In this document: positions 28,523-38,830 of the stretch, in pieces | Layout: every line of letters begins with the position of its first letter | Numbering within the stretch: position 1 is the first letter of the stretch | Made by a program: the position numbers and the translations under genes | The notes under the pieces: generated by a model | What the model was told of the DNA's origin: nothing | Databases searched by the model: none | Seen by the model: the letters and a program-made list of their open reading frames with translations, nothing else | Assembly (NCBI GenBank): GCA_002011035.2 | Contig: MTLY02000003.1 | Location: forward strand, 224,001-288,000 | Direction: 5' to 3' | DNA: 64,000 nt | Source: Candidatus Hecatella orcuttiae | GTDB taxonomy: Archaea; Thermoproteota; Bathyarchaeia; Hecatellales; Hecatellaceae

Positions 28523-28804
28523 TTGAAATGTGCGGCTAAAAGCCTCGTCGAAGACAGGGGTCTGAGGCTGTGCCCGCACGGGCACTCCCTCGAAACCGTG
28601 GACAGGCCCTCCCGGCGGCTGTGCGGAGGCTGCGAGTTTCTGAAGCCCTCCAGGTTCGCCGTGGTCACCGAGGTTGGAGGGCGGAGGCTGACGGCGGCCT
28701 ACTACGACAGCTTGGAGGAAGCGGAGAGGGCGGCTGCGGCCCTGACCGAGGGCAGCATGAGCAACCCTCGGGCTGGATGCGTCTACAGAGTGGAGGAAGC
28801 TTAG
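28523..28804 (+). CDS. Small Cys-containing hypothetical protein
   Basis: CPHG..CGGCEF; motif variant upstream. Confidence 0.55.
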   Translation: MKCAAKSLVEDRGLRLCPHGHSLETVDRPSRRLCGGCEFLKPSRFAVVTEVGGRRLTAAYYDSLEEAERAAAALTEGSMSNPRAGCVYRVEEA

Positions 28805-29072
28805 GGAAGGCGGCCGCCTGACCTTTCGGGGTTAGGAAAGTTCCACACCGTCGGGGGTAGTCTTGAGCTTCAAAAAATATGAAGCCCAGTTCACCGCTTT
28901 AGCTAAACTCTTCAGGTCCTACGCCGACAGAAGGCACGTCGAGAGGCTGAAAACTTCCATTCGGAAGAAAATAGCGTGTTCTCCGAAAGAGTACGAACAG
29001 TTTGTGAGGAAAGCGAGTGAAAGTATCACAGAAACATCATAAACTATATATCTAAGGATATTATATTATACT

Positions 29073-29255
29073 TTGAGAGGCTCAAGGGTATTGAAAAGAG
29101 TCTTAGTCTGCTTACCTGAGGGTGTTTGGGAAGTCATAGAAAAGGAGTTTAAAGGTAAGCTTGGAGGAAAAAGTTCTGAAATTTTAAGAAACATAATAAT
29201 GGCTTACCTTTCAGAAAAAGGTATTCTCGAGAAGGTTAGGGAGGTCAAAGCTTGA
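29073..29255 (+). CDS. Ribbon-helix-helix regulator upstream of the methyltransferase
   Basis: KRVLVCLPEGVWEVI..SSEILRNIIMAYL. Confidence 0.7.
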   Translation: MRGSRVLKRVLVCLPEGVWEVIEKEFKGKLGGKSSEILRNIIMAYLSEKGILEKVREVKA

Positions 29256-29296
29256 GCAAGAGAAGAAACTCCCTTAGAGAGCTAGATTAAGAGAAA

Positions 29297-30253
29297 TTGA
29301 ATAATGGGGAAAATAGTATGTGGAAAGTTTATCTTGCGGATTGTTTTGAATGGATGAAGAAATGTGAACCTAACGAGTTTATAGCCATAGTTACTGATCC
29401 ACCCTACAGTCTAGAAGAGTTTAAACGTGAAAACTTAGAGAAAATGAAACGTGGGAGCGGAGGGGTATGGCGTATACCACCTAAAATAGGGGGGGTTGAG
29501 AGGAATCCATTACCTCGCTTTACAGTTTTCTCGGCAGAACATCATAAAATTATGTTTAACTTCTTTCACAATTGGGCTAAACTGGCTTATAGGGTGCTTG
29601 TACCTGGCGGGCATCTTGTAATAGCCTCAACACCAATTTTTCTTCCTACGGTTGCACATGCCATCATAGAAGGGGGGTTTGAGCCTAGAGGCGTAATAGT
29701 CAGACTTGTTCAAACGTTAAGGGGAGGATTTAGACCCAAAAATGCAGAAGAAGAATTTAAGGAATTGTCTACGATACCTAGAGCACATTGGGAGCCTTGG
29801 GCGATATTCCGAAAACCTATCGAGAAAGGGTCAACAGTGGCGGAGAACTTGAAAAAATGGAAGTCCGGGGCCTTAAAAAGAGAACCCGACGGAAGACCGT
29901 TCCCTGACGTTATACCGAGTGAAAGAACCCCCAAAGAGGAGGAGGCTATAGCACCCCACCCTACACTTAAACCCCAAAGTTTTATGCGTAGAATAATACG
30001 AGCAGTAGTGCCACTTAATGAAGGAAAAGTGCTTGATCCATTTTGTGGAGCTGGTTCAACCATAGCGGCTATCGAAGCCCTAGGTTTTGACGGTATTGGC
30101 ATAGAGGTTAACCCTGAATATTATGAAATGGCCCTTAAAGCTATTCCTCAATTAGCGAGGGTAAATGTTGACCCATGGCTCTTTGAAAGGAGAATAAATA
30201 AAGGGAGTAAAATGTTAGTGTTAACAGAATTTCTGTTAAAAGAAGGATGCTAA
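29297..30253 (+). CDS. N4/N6 DNA methyltransferase, beta class
   Basis: IVTDPPY, HPTLKP, VLDPFCGAGST. Confidence 0.93.
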   Translation: MNNGENSMWKVYLADCFEWMKKCEPNEFIAIVTDPPYSLEEFKRENLEKMKRGSGGVWRIPPKIGGVERNPLPRFTVFSAEHHKIMFNFFHNWAKLAYRVLVPGGHLVIASTPIFLPTVAHAIIEGGFEPRGVIVRLVQTLRGGFRPKNAEEEFKELSTIPRAHWEPWAIFRKPIEKGSTVAENLKKWKSGALKREPDGRPFPDVIPSERTPKEEEAIAPHPTLKPQSFMRRIIRAVVPLNEGKVLDPFCGAGSTIAAIEALGFDGIGIEVNPEYYEMALKAIPQLARVNVDPWLFERRINKGSKMLVLTEFLLKEGC

Positions 30254-30814
30254 GTTACTTTTCCCAAGATTACGTTCAAAGACTTTTTTCATCTTTTTAT
30301 CCCAAGATTTTTTCTCAACAGAAGCCGTTATCGTCCTCTTGCTTTCATCGCTTCTTCCACGCCATATGAAGTCGTCTTCAGATAATTCTCCAAGCCAAAC
30401 TACTCTAAAACTTGGTAGTCCTCTATCATCTGTGTCATATTCAGCTACAAGAAACCAACCGCTTGTAACGTTATGTCCTACAGTACTCCAAGGGCTTCTC
30501 ATCGTAGCTTTAACTTCGATTCCTACGCCAGTAGTCGGATTCTTCAGGTCTGGAAAAGCCGTATTTGGAAGTTTTTTAAACCCGCTTAACCTATCTAGCA
30601 ACCTTGTCATAAAATCGCTAACTAAGCCACTATATTGATTATGTCTAATTAATTGAGCAAGAGGTGGAATGTCATGAGTTGCTGAGCCATCATTTATTGC
30701 CTTAAATATTTTCTTAACTTCTAACAGTGTTTTCTCTAAATGTTCTATTGTAAGTCCTTTAGGCATAGGTACATCATAGAAAATGCCATCAAGCATTTCT
30801 GACCTCTTATTCAT
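30236..30814 (-). CDS. Putative type II restriction endonuclease
   Basis: FPDL..GIEVKAT PD-(D/E)XK motif; convergent with the MTase. Confidence 0.75.
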   Translation of the reverse strand: MNKRSEMLDGIFYDVPMPKGLTIEHLEKTLLEVKKIFKAINDGSATHDIPPLAQLIRHNQYSGLVSDFMTRLLDRLSGFKKLPNTAFPDLKNPTTGVGIEVKATMRSPWSTVGHNVTSGWFLVAEYDTDDRGLPSFRVVWLGELSEDDFIWRGRSDESKRTITASVEKKSWDKKMKKVFERNLGKSNLASFF

Positions 30815-30985
30815 TTATCATCTCCTTTAATTAATAACGGTAGCAAAATATTTAAGTCATCATGACAAAGTTCACAGAACCGCCTTAAAGAATCTATAAC
30901 TTCCTTTCGGGGATCGAGGAAAGTGCTGGAATGGGTGAAAGCTTAAACAGAGCGACCCAACCCTTTTTTCGGGGGATGAAACAGG

Positions 30986-31420
30986 TTGGTGCATTTTCTG
31001 GAGAGAGATGAAAGCGAGGAGGTCCACAGCTACGACCTGCCGTTGGGCTACCAGTCCTTCAAAGACGCCAAGAGCCTGTATGTGAGGGAGAAGATCAAAA
31101 AAGCCGAGTGGAAGGACCGCTGGTACATCGTCGACCTGCTGTGGCTTGAGGCCTGCGTCCTAGACCCCCCGCGCTCGTGGGCCTATGGCATGAAGTGCGA
31201 CCACCTCATCCAGAGGTACTTCGACGACTGGCTGGCCATCCTCCAGGAGCTGAGACCCAAAGACTGGCGGAAGTTCGTGGAAGAAGAGAAAAAGTGGAAC
31301 CCCCACCTCTTCGAGTCTGAGGAAGAGCGCAGGCGGAAGCTGGAACGGCAGCGCGAAGAAGAGCGGCGGGAGACTGAGAGAATCAAGCGGAGCTGGATAG
31401 AGCTCGGCGGTAGGGAATAA
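30986..31420 (+). CDS. Hypothetical protein
   Basis: Motif-preceded 144-aa ORF with a charged tail. Confidence 0.6.
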   Translation: MVHFLERDESEEVHSYDLPLGYQSFKDAKSLYVREKIKKAEWKDRWYIVDLLWLEACVLDPPRSWAYGMKCDHLIQRYFDDWLAILQELRPKDWRKFVEEEKKWNPHLFESEEERRRKLERQREEERRETERIKRSWIELGGRE

Positions 31421-31922
31421 GCTCCCTGGGCACCGGACCCTCCCCCTCAGGAGGAGATATACTGGTTTCGCTCACCGGCTCCGTCCAGAAAGCCGGCACC
31501 TTTTCTCCCACCGCCGCCTCGTTGTATTCCCTCAGAGCCTTCTCCAGCTCCTTGCCTACGCCGTCGTTCGGATAGTCGTAGAAGACCACCGTTATTACCG
31601 TGTTCCCTTCGACGTCGCGCCTCCACTTCCCTACGCTGTCCCACTGTGTGTAGGCCTTCAGGAACTCAAAGAGCTTCTCCTTATGCTTGGGAACCACTAC
31701 GGTAAGCCTTTCGGGCTTCGTTTTAAACTCGTCCTTTACGAAGAGGAAGCTGAAGATTTTTTTCCTAGCCTCCAAAGCCTTCGGGGAAAGCCTGTCGAAG
31801 GAAGGTGGGGCCGCAGCCTTCTTCAACAGCCCGTGCTTTACCAGAAACTTTCCCCCAGCCTTCCGCCGGGGCGCAAGCTCTCTGAAACTTTTTCTGAGCC
31901 GCTCGGAGAAGGTTCTGCCCAC
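31383..31922 (-). CDS. Hypothetical protein, antisense to the array
   Basis: 179-aa ORF with a canonical AGGTGA SD. Confidence 0.6.
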   Translation of the reverse strand: MGRTFSERLRKSFRELAPRRKAGGKFLVKHGLLKKAAAPPSFDRLSPKALEARKKIFSFLFVKDEFKTKPERLTVVVPKHKEKLFEFLKAYTQWDSVGKWRRDVEGNTVITVVFYDYPNDGVGKELEKALREYNEAAVGEKVPAFWTEPVSETSISPPEGEGPVPRELIPYRRALSSSA

Positions 31923-31954
31923 GGCTGCTCACCTGAAAAATTCGGGGATGCGCC

Positions 31955-32369
31955 GTGTTCGAGGAGCTGGGCGACGAGGAGCTGAAGAGCCGCTACCTCA
32001 GCCTCTACGAGGCCGTGTTCGTGGTTGAGTGTTTCGGCAGCCACGACGTCTACGAGCTCATGGCTTTGGAGGACGAGCTGGCGAGGAGAGGCTACAGGGT
32101 AAGGGAAAGCCTTCCGGAGGTCGTGAAGGTGGAGGAGGAAGAGGTTGAAGGTTGAAGAGGTGGGGAAAGGCGTTTACAGGGTTTTCCCCGACAAGGACGA
32201 CTACCTGATAATCTACACCAGCCGCGGAGCCGTGGACATCGACCTCAAAACCCTCACCATCGACCTGAACCCGGACGCCACGGCCAGCTTCAAGGTTACC
32301 GGCTACGACAGGAAGCTGAGAGCCCTCACCCTTCACAAGCCCGAGCGGGCCTCTTTCGGGGTAGGGTGA
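31955..32369 (+). CDS. Two overlapping small hypothetical ORFs (31955-32155, 32145-32369)
   Basis: The first is motif-preceded; the second overlaps its stop. Confidence 0.55.
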
Positions 32370-32558
32370 TGTGGGATAAGAGGATATGTGCCTCTTGCCT
32401 CAGAAGACGAGGCTGCGCTTTGAAGAACACGCCCCTAAGGATGGCGTGGGTATGCTTCGAGCAGGACCCTGACCAGCCGCCGCCCGATAAGCGAGCAGGG
32501 CTGCTGGAGGCGGATGTCTAAGGCTCCCGGAGCTGAGGGCGGCTCTTCGGGGATACCC

Positions 32559-34436
32559 ATGGACAGCTCTAAGACAGACCAACCGACCAAGCAGGCTAAA
32601 GGGCGACTCCGAGTCGACGGCCCCTTCCTCAAAGGCCTCATCGCCTGGATGCAGCGGGTGGCCGGAGAGGCCACCATCACCCTCGACGCCGAAGGCCTCC
32701 GGTTCGCCTACATGGACCCCAGCCATGTGGCCATGGCCGCGGGCAGGCTGACGCCCCAGGCCTTCGCCGAATACGCGGTGGCCCAGGCCGGCTGCTTCGC
32801 CGTGGACCTGGCAGACCTGGCGAAGGCGCTCAAAGGCGTCAAGAAAGGCGTGGAGGTCGGCGTCTCCGTGGACGAGAAACATGTGGCGGTAAGCTTCGAC
32901 GGCGAAACCGTCCGCCTGCCGGTGCTGCCGCCCAGCGACGAGGCAGACCCACCCGAGCCCAAGCTGGCCCACGAGGCTCGGCTGAGGCTGATGCGCGGAG
33001 CCCTGCTGGACGCGGTGCGGAAGGCGGGGCAGGTGAGCGACCAGCTGGTCCTGAAGGCCACGCCCAACGCCCTCCTGGTCAGGGCGTTCAGCGAAACAGG
33101 CGACTACGAGAAAACCCTAGACCGCCACGGCGCATACATGCTGGACTTCCACAGCCCCTCCAACCGAACCGTCAAAGCCCTCTACGGAGCCTCGTTCCTC
33201 GAAGACCTCCTCACCTTCCCCGCGGAGCTGGTCACCGTCGAATTCTCCACCGAAAAGCCCGTGGCCCTCACCTTCGAGGACTACGCCTGGACGGTTCGAG
33301 GGTGGCTGGCTCCGAGGATCGGAGGCGAATACGAGCCCCGGGTCACGGTCAGGCTCTTGGAGGGCCACCCGGGAGTCTACGACGAGGACGGCCAGTTCCA
33401 CGGAGCCCAAGGCTTCAAGGCCGGTGAAATCGCCACCCTCCCCCGGTCTGCCGCGGCCAGGCTGCTGGAAGACGGCAGAGCCGCCCTGAAGCTGACCCCG
33501 GACCCGGCTGAGGGCGTGGAGCCCCTGCCCCTGGGGGCGGTGAAGCTGAAAAGGCGGAGCAAGGGCAAAGGGTGGCTGCTCAGCCGCAGCGGAGACACGG
33601 CCAAGGACGACGCCGAGCAGCTGGCAGGGAGGCTGCTGAAAGCCCTGGAGGCGGCGGAGGGGGACTACCCCGGCAGGCTGCTGGCCGCCGAGAAACCCTA
33701 CACCGGGCAGGAGGCCACCCTCTACGTCATGGCGGAGCGCAGCCGGAAAAGCTACGCCCACGCCGGCCGCTACGGGCTGCCGGTGGTGAAGGTTCTGGAA
33801 GTCGCCGAGGAACCCTTCGGCGAGCACCCGTCCTACGGCTACACCGACTGGAAGCCGCTGGAGGCGGAAGGCGAAGAAGCTGAGCAGGCTGCCAAGGCCG
33901 CTGCCGCCGAGCAGGCGGAGGAGGCGGAGGCTGGCGAGGAAGAAGGCGGAGGCTGCGAGTGGAGCCGCAGCGAGGAGGCTGACCGATACAGGGAGGAAAT
34001 GCGCCGTCTGGACGAGGAGCTGAGGAAACTCGGCCTCCTGGAGGAGCTGCGAGGCCTTGAAACCCTCAAAGTCAGAGAGCTGGCCGAGAGGGTGAAAGCC
34101 CAACCCGGCGAAGCCGTCCTCGCCACCCTAGACCGGGCCCTAGCCGTCCACGAGGAGTTCTACCGCAAACTCTACGCAGCCTACGGATGGAAACTCGAAG
34201 ACCTAAAGGAAGGACAGGCCCCCGAGGTCTCCGACATTTTAAAGATGAGGCGATGGCTCACGGGATTCCTGAAGCGGAAAGCCGAAAAACCCGAGCCCAA
34301 GCCCGAAGGCACAAGGCGGGCTAAGAAGGCGTGGGTGAAGATTTGGCTGAAGCGAGGCCGGAGGGACCGAGCCGAGCAGCTGGCCGACGAGCTGGGCATC
34401 AGCCTGGAGGCTGTGGAAAAGGAGCTGGAAGGCTAA
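32559..34436 (+). CDS. PCNA-like sliding clamp fused to a GINS-B-like domain and a helical/acidic tail
   Basis: EATITLDAEGLRFAYMDPSHVAM, FSTEKPVALTF..GWLAPRI (PCNA); VTVRLLE..GVYDEDGQFHG..FKAGEIATLPRSAAARLLEDGRA (GINS B-domain-like). Confidence 0.82.
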   Translation: MDSSKTDQPTKQAKGRLRVDGPFLKGLIAWMQRVAGEATITLDAEGLRFAYMDPSHVAMAAGRLTPQAFAEYAVAQAGCFAVDLADLAKALKGVKKGVEVGVSVDEKHVAVSFDGETVRLPVLPPSDEADPPEPKLAHEARLRLMRGALLDAVRKAGQVSDQLVLKATPNALLVRAFSETGDYEKTLDRHGAYMLDFHSPSNRTVKALYGASFLEDLLTFPAELVTVEFSTEKPVALTFEDYAWTVRGWLAPRIGGEYEPRVTVRLLEGHPGVYDEDGQFHGAQGFKAGEIATLPRSAAARLLEDGRAALKLTPDPAEGVEPLPLGAVKLKRRSKGKGWLLSRSGDTAKDDAEQLAGRLLKALEAAEGDYPGRLLAAEKPYTGQEATLYVMAERSRKSYAHAGRYGLPVVKVLEVAEEPFGEHPSYGYTDWKPLEAEGEEAEQAAKAAAAEQAEEAEAGEEEGGGCEWSRSEEADRYREEMRRLDEELRKLGLLEELRGLETLKVRELAERVKAQPGEAVLATLDRALAVHEEFYRKLYAAYGWKLEDLKEGQAPEVSDILKMRRWLTGFLKRKAEKPEPKPEGTRRAKKAWVKIWLKRGRRDRAEQLADELGISLEAVEKELEG

Positions 34437-34680
34437 CCCCAGCCTCCCCATTTTTCGGGGGACGTTTCGGGGATACACCGTGCAGTATCTCAGGCTCTAT
34501 GCGGTGGTCAAGGACGCTCAGGTGGACGCTGAAGGGCAGGTGTGGCTGTGCCTAGCCCGCGTGCAGAGGGCTGTCGCCGAGCTCAACGTCAAAGCCCTCC
34601 GCGACATCCGAGGCAAACCCATAATTTTGACCGTGGATGTCTGACAGGTTTATATGCGAAAACAGGGGAAGTGTTCATGG

Positions 34681-35268
34681 ATGACAGCCCGAAGGTTCAA
34701 ACAGTCCCCGCTTGGGAGAAGCTTCAGAGACGTGGTCTCCGCCGCCTTGGAGCTCCTGGAGAGAAGCGGGCTGAGCTACGCCTTGACGGGGGGAGCTGCG
34801 CTGCCCTACTTTGGAAGGGCCAGGGCGACGGCGGACGTGGACCTGGTGGTGGAACACGACGAGGAGAAGCTGAGAAGATTCGTCGAGGAGCTGAACAGAG
34901 GCGGCTTCACCGTCCCTTGGGAGTGGGTGGAGCGGTCCTTGGAGGAGAAAACCCACTTCACCGTCCAGGACACGCTCTCCCCCTACCGGCTGGACGTCAA
35001 AGTCCTGCAGCCGGGAGAGGGTTTGGGGCGGACCGTGGAGGCGGTGGTGGACGGCAGGCCGATGCGCCTCACCGCCCCGGAGGAGCTGGTCGCCCTCAAG
35101 CTCCGCCTCGGCAGCGACCTAGACCTGGAGGACGCCCGGAGCATCGTAGCCCGGCAGGGAAGCCGCCTCGACGTGCAGTATCTGCTCAGAAAGGCGGAGG
35201 AGCAGGGAGTCAGGGAAAAGGCCGTTAAGCTTCTCGAAGAGGAGGGAGTTGAAGTTGGAGAGGCGTGA
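34681..35268 (+). CDS. Nucleotidyltransferase-fold protein (putative toxin-antitoxin component)
   Basis: YALTGGAAL..GRARATADVDLVV, PEELVALKL..DLEDA. Confidence 0.8.
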   Translation: MTARRFKQSPLGRSFRDVVSAALELLERSGLSYALTGGAALPYFGRARATADVDLVVEHDEEKLRRFVEELNRGGFTVPWEWVERSLEEKTHFTVQDTLSPYRLDVKVLQPGEGLGRTVEAVVDGRPMRLTAPEELVALKLRLGSDLDLEDARSIVARQGSRLDVQYLLRKAEEQGVREKAVKLLEEEGVEVGEA

Positions 35269-35524
35269 AGAGAGACGGCGGGCCGCCAAGGCCTCCGCGG
35301 AGGCTCTGAAAGGCTACGACCCGCTCCAAGTGGTCAGCGACCTCAGCGACTACGCCCTCAGCCTCGCCGAGGCCGGGATAAGGCAGCAGAACCCTAACAT
35401 GTCCGAAGAGCAGGTCAGGGAGGAGCTCCGCCGCCTGGCCGAGTGGAGCAGCCCCTCAGCCTGGCGGGGAAAGGCAGGGCAAGCCCGCCGCGGGGGCCAG
35501 TTTTCTTTCGGGGACCAGCCGTGA
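35249..35524 (+). CDS. Small partner of the nucleotidyltransferase
   Basis: LAEAGIRQQNPNMSEEQVREEL; overlaps the upstream gene. Confidence 0.6.
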   Translation: MKLERREERRRAAKASAEALKGYDPLQVVSDLSDYALSLAEAGIRQQNPNMSEEQVREELRRLAEWSSPSAWRGKAGQARRGGQFSFGDQP

Positions 35525-35838
35525 AGTTCAGCGTCCGCCTTTTTTTCCACCTCCGCTCCCCGGACCCTTACCTCGACGCGAAAAGGGCAGCTCAGGCCGC
35601 CGCAGCCCGGCATGGAGCCGTCTTCGAAGGCGTGGACGACACCCTCAACGGCCTCTACGCCTCCCTGGAGCCGGGGGCCAAAGAGGTCATGGCCGCCTTC
35701 ACCGTTGAACAGCCCACGGTGGAGGAAGCCCGCGAAGCGGCTGAGAGGCTTTACCGCCGCCTCCAAGGCCGACTGCGCCTGGGGTTCATGGAGCTGCCCA
35801 ACCCGGAGGACAGGGTGGTTGTGGAGCGGAGTAAATGA
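35521..35838 (+). CDS. Hypothetical protein (motif-preceded)
   Basis: TTTCGGGGACCAGCCGTG start. Confidence 0.6.
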   Translation: MKFSVRLFFHLRSPDPYLDAKRAAQAAAARHGAVFEGVDDTLNGLYASLEPGAKEVMAAFTVEQPTVEEAREAAERLYRRLQGRLRLGFMELPNPEDRVVVERSK

Positions 35839-36144
35839 AGTGCGCCTTGTTTTTTCTTCGGTATGGCGTTGTTCGGCGTAGGTGTTGCCACGATAGTTTA
35901 CTTGCTGGGGGCTGGACTGGGCCATGTACTACTCACTGGCACCTCCAGCCAACCTAATAACCCCAATCAGCACAGCCATGTAAAAACCATGGAAACTTTT
36001 GCGTCCCGAGGTGAAACCGCCTCTATCCTTCAGCGAGCCAAAACAGTTTTCAGGGGGCAGTAATCACAGTAAGTGTTGCTACAGTTGAATGTCGGAGTCA
36101 CTAAGTTGCCTTTTCCAGAAGGTTTTTAAAAAGCCACATATACA

Positions 36145-36402
36145 ATGAAAAACCGGAAGGTGGTGGGTGTGAGTGAAGAAAATAATGCAAAAAATTTGGC
36201 CCGTCGATATTTTGAAAACAAATTCGGAACAAGGATAGTAAAATTAACAATCGGCGAAGCTGTCAAGGGAGCCGAATCTGAACCAGATGTATGGTATGTC
36301 AACTTTGAGTTAGAGGTTACGGGGGAAAACCCGGTGGCCGGCGCCGTCCCAGTGAACGTAAGAATGGGCACCATAAAAGAGCCATCAGAAGGATGGTTCT
36401 AG
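36145..36402 (+). CDS. Hypothetical protein of AT-rich insert
   Basis: 85-aa ORF. Confidence 0.55.
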   Translation: MKNRKVVGVSEENNAKNLARRYFENKFGTRIVKLTIGEAVKGAESEPDVWYVNFELEVTGENPVAGAVPVNVRMGTIKEPSEGWF

Positions 36403-36506
36403 CGGTGAAAAAAGCTGGAAAGTGGTAGAATGCAACAGTATAATCTCGCTGCCATATTAAGAAATCGTTAGGAGCGGAGAGAAAAACGAAGATAAAGTCT
36501 CTCTAT

Positions 36507-37520
36507 ATGCCTGATACATGTCTTCAGGGTGACGAATTTCCAGCACATATAATCTGGGATAAGTTAGACAAAGTTGAGATATCCATCAGATACCCAGAAA
36601 CAATAGAGGTCAAGGCGATTTATAATGTTCCAACAGATGGGATTGAAATCTCTGATGAGCGTTCTATTAAAATCACCGATTTCGAAGTAAACGGATATTT
36701 AGGAATCCTCTTCTGTTCTAGAATATTAGTCGACTTCAGAAAGCGTGAACGCGTACAATTCGAAATTTTAGATCTGCGAAACTCTTCTATAGAACGATTC
36801 ACGAGAGAAATTGATCTATTTAGGCCAGCCCTAAAACTTGAAAGCGTCCCCCCTAGACTCAACATAAAATATGATTCTTCTACCCGCTCCTATAAGATTG
36901 GTGACAAGATTCGCATAAGGAATCTAGGTGATGGAACTGCGCTTATTAGTGTTGGAGTAGGTGAGGGGGACTTCCAAAGACATTATCCCCAAGGAATTGA
37001 CGATTTTGCAAAGGCATTTGTGTGCGACTTGGAAATCAAATTAAACGTTATCAGGTCCGAATATCCCGAACACTCTTCGCTAATTGACAAATTCTTGTCT
37101 TTATTGAAACAGCCTATTACTCTTGACGGTAAAACGAAAGCAATAATTCAATCAGTTTTTAATGGTCTCGCAAGGGCGTTCGAGGAAAGCGAAGGCTTTT
37201 ATAACAACTTCGTCTCAGCGGTTGCGATTTCATATCTAAAGAATATCCAATTGATAACTGAGCTGAAAACCTTCATGGAGTATTTAAATTCAATAGGTGA
37301 GGGAAGAATCATTCTCGTAAATTCGGTGGATGTACTGAAAGCCAAAAGAACTTCAGGACGAATGCATCTAGTCATTCAAATTACTGATCTCGCCTACAAT
37401 GACTATCCCCCTATTGAACTCCCTTCTATCCCGGTAACATGCGAAGGTAGTGATGAAGTGCCGATTCACATGCTATTTGATTGGAAAGCGGGTCCCTTAA
37501 GGAGGGAAGAAGATGGTTGA
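36507..37520 (+). CDS. Hypothetical protein of AT-rich insert
   Basis: 337-aa ORF, no recognised motif. Confidence 0.75.
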   Translation: MPDTCLQGDEFPAHIIWDKLDKVEISIRYPETIEVKAIYNVPTDGIEISDERSIKITDFEVNGYLGILFCSRILVDFRKRERVQFEILDLRNSSIERFTREIDLFRPALKLESVPPRLNIKYDSSTRSYKIGDKIRIRNLGDGTALISVGVGEGDFQRHYPQGIDDFAKAFVCDLEIKLNVIRSEYPEHSSLIDKFLSLLKQPITLDGKTKAIIQSVFNGLARAFEESEGFYNNFVSAVAISYLKNIQLITELKTFMEYLNSIGEGRIILVNSVDVLKAKRTSGRMHLVIQITDLAYNDYPPIELPSIPVTCEGSDEVPIHMLFDWKAGPLRREEDG

Positions 37521-38487
37521 AATTGGTGAAATTGGAGCAATTATTGGAACATGTTCTGCTCTAGCGGAAAAAGGCGTTGGGGAAATAATCAAGACTGCGT
37601 CGAAAATATACGAAACAATTAAAGGCTCCTACAAAGTCCTAAACCAAGAGATCGTGGTGCTCTGCCCTGAATCAGTCCAACACTTTTCTATCGCTTTCGA
37701 GGCCACAGGTGGATTCTTGAGTCAAAAGATTAAGTTTCCTTTTGGGAAACCACTTAGGGTGAGGCTTAGACCCTTGAGGTCATTGCAAGACCTATCCGAG
37801 GCAATCTTTCTTACTGAAGAAGGTTTTGAGATTAATACTCGGGGCATGCAAGCGGAGGACACTTTTCTATTAGATGTTGATTATAGGATTACAGACCCAA
37901 AATTCGTAGATGCTCTTGTCCAAAGAAATCACGCAAGAGAGTTACCGAAAGACAGAGAGAGCGAATACTGGATGCATGCTCAATTGAAACATCCTAAAGT
38001 CTTTCAGACAAAGTATGGTCGATTAGATCTCCGCGACGTAGATTTTAGCGTTAACGTTGGGATTAGTGAAGACATAAAAATGTCCATCCCTTCTGCGTTT
38101 AGAAGAGAACTAGAAGCTGGTGTGAAGCTTCTTATGGAACGGGACCCGCATAGGAAGTATATGCTCGGAAGAGAACATGTAAAGGCTATGAGAGCACGAG
38201 GCAAAGGAAAAAGTGTAATCGAACTTCTCGGAGATCTTCAAGATCTTTTCTTTCCAAGAACTTTCCGCAAGTTTGTTGAGGTGAAAAAAGACTTCCGTTA
38301 TTCTGAGTGCCACAGGGGGAGCGATTTCTATGAGACAGTACCTTTTCCAACATGGCCGAAGACTATGAAAGTCATATCTAGAACTGATCTTGGACTTGAA
38401 CGATACGCCGCAGAAGGAATTCTCGTGTATAAAAAGGCAGACTTTCTTGAACAGGTAAGCAAAATACTTGGCGTGAAGCTGAAGTAA
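37513..38487 (+). CDS. Hypothetical protein of AT-rich insert
   Basis: 324-aa ORF overlapping the upstream stop. Confidence 0.75.
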   Translation: MVEIGEIGAIIGTCSALAEKGVGEIIKTASKIYETIKGSYKVLNQEIVVLCPESVQHFSIAFEATGGFLSQKIKFPFGKPLRVRLRPLRSLQDLSEAIFLTEEGFEINTRGMQAEDTFLLDVDYRITDPKFVDALVQRNHARELPKDRESEYWMHAQLKHPKVFQTKYGRLDLRDVDFSVNVGISEDIKMSIPSAFRRELEAGVKLLMERDPHRKYMLGREHVKAMRARGKGKSVIELLGDLQDLFFPRTFRKFVEVKKDFRYSECHRGSDFYETVPFPTWPKTMKVISRTDLGLERYAAEGILVYKKADFLEQVSKILGVKLK

Positions 38488-38830
38488 TCAAAACACCAAT
38501 AGTAGTTATTATGTTTTAACGTTTTTATAATAGTTTTGACTAGCTGAGGGGACTTTAAAGTCGGAGCATAGATAAAGGGATAAAAGAATTAGAGATTACT
38601 TTGGTTCCGCTTTTCCTTCATATTTTTTGCGTAAGTTTCTCATATTCTTCGCTAACCCATCTGCTGTCTTCCTCGAAATCTTTGAGTATGCCTAGTTTTC
38701 GGTGCACTCCAGCCCCATGTCTGAGGTGGTTGGGGGTGCTCCTCGAACCTTGTAGGGGCCTCGGCGGAAAAGAGCCGGCGGCTTCTTAGAGCCACCATAT
38801 TTAAGGGCGCTGATTCTTTCGGGGATTACC

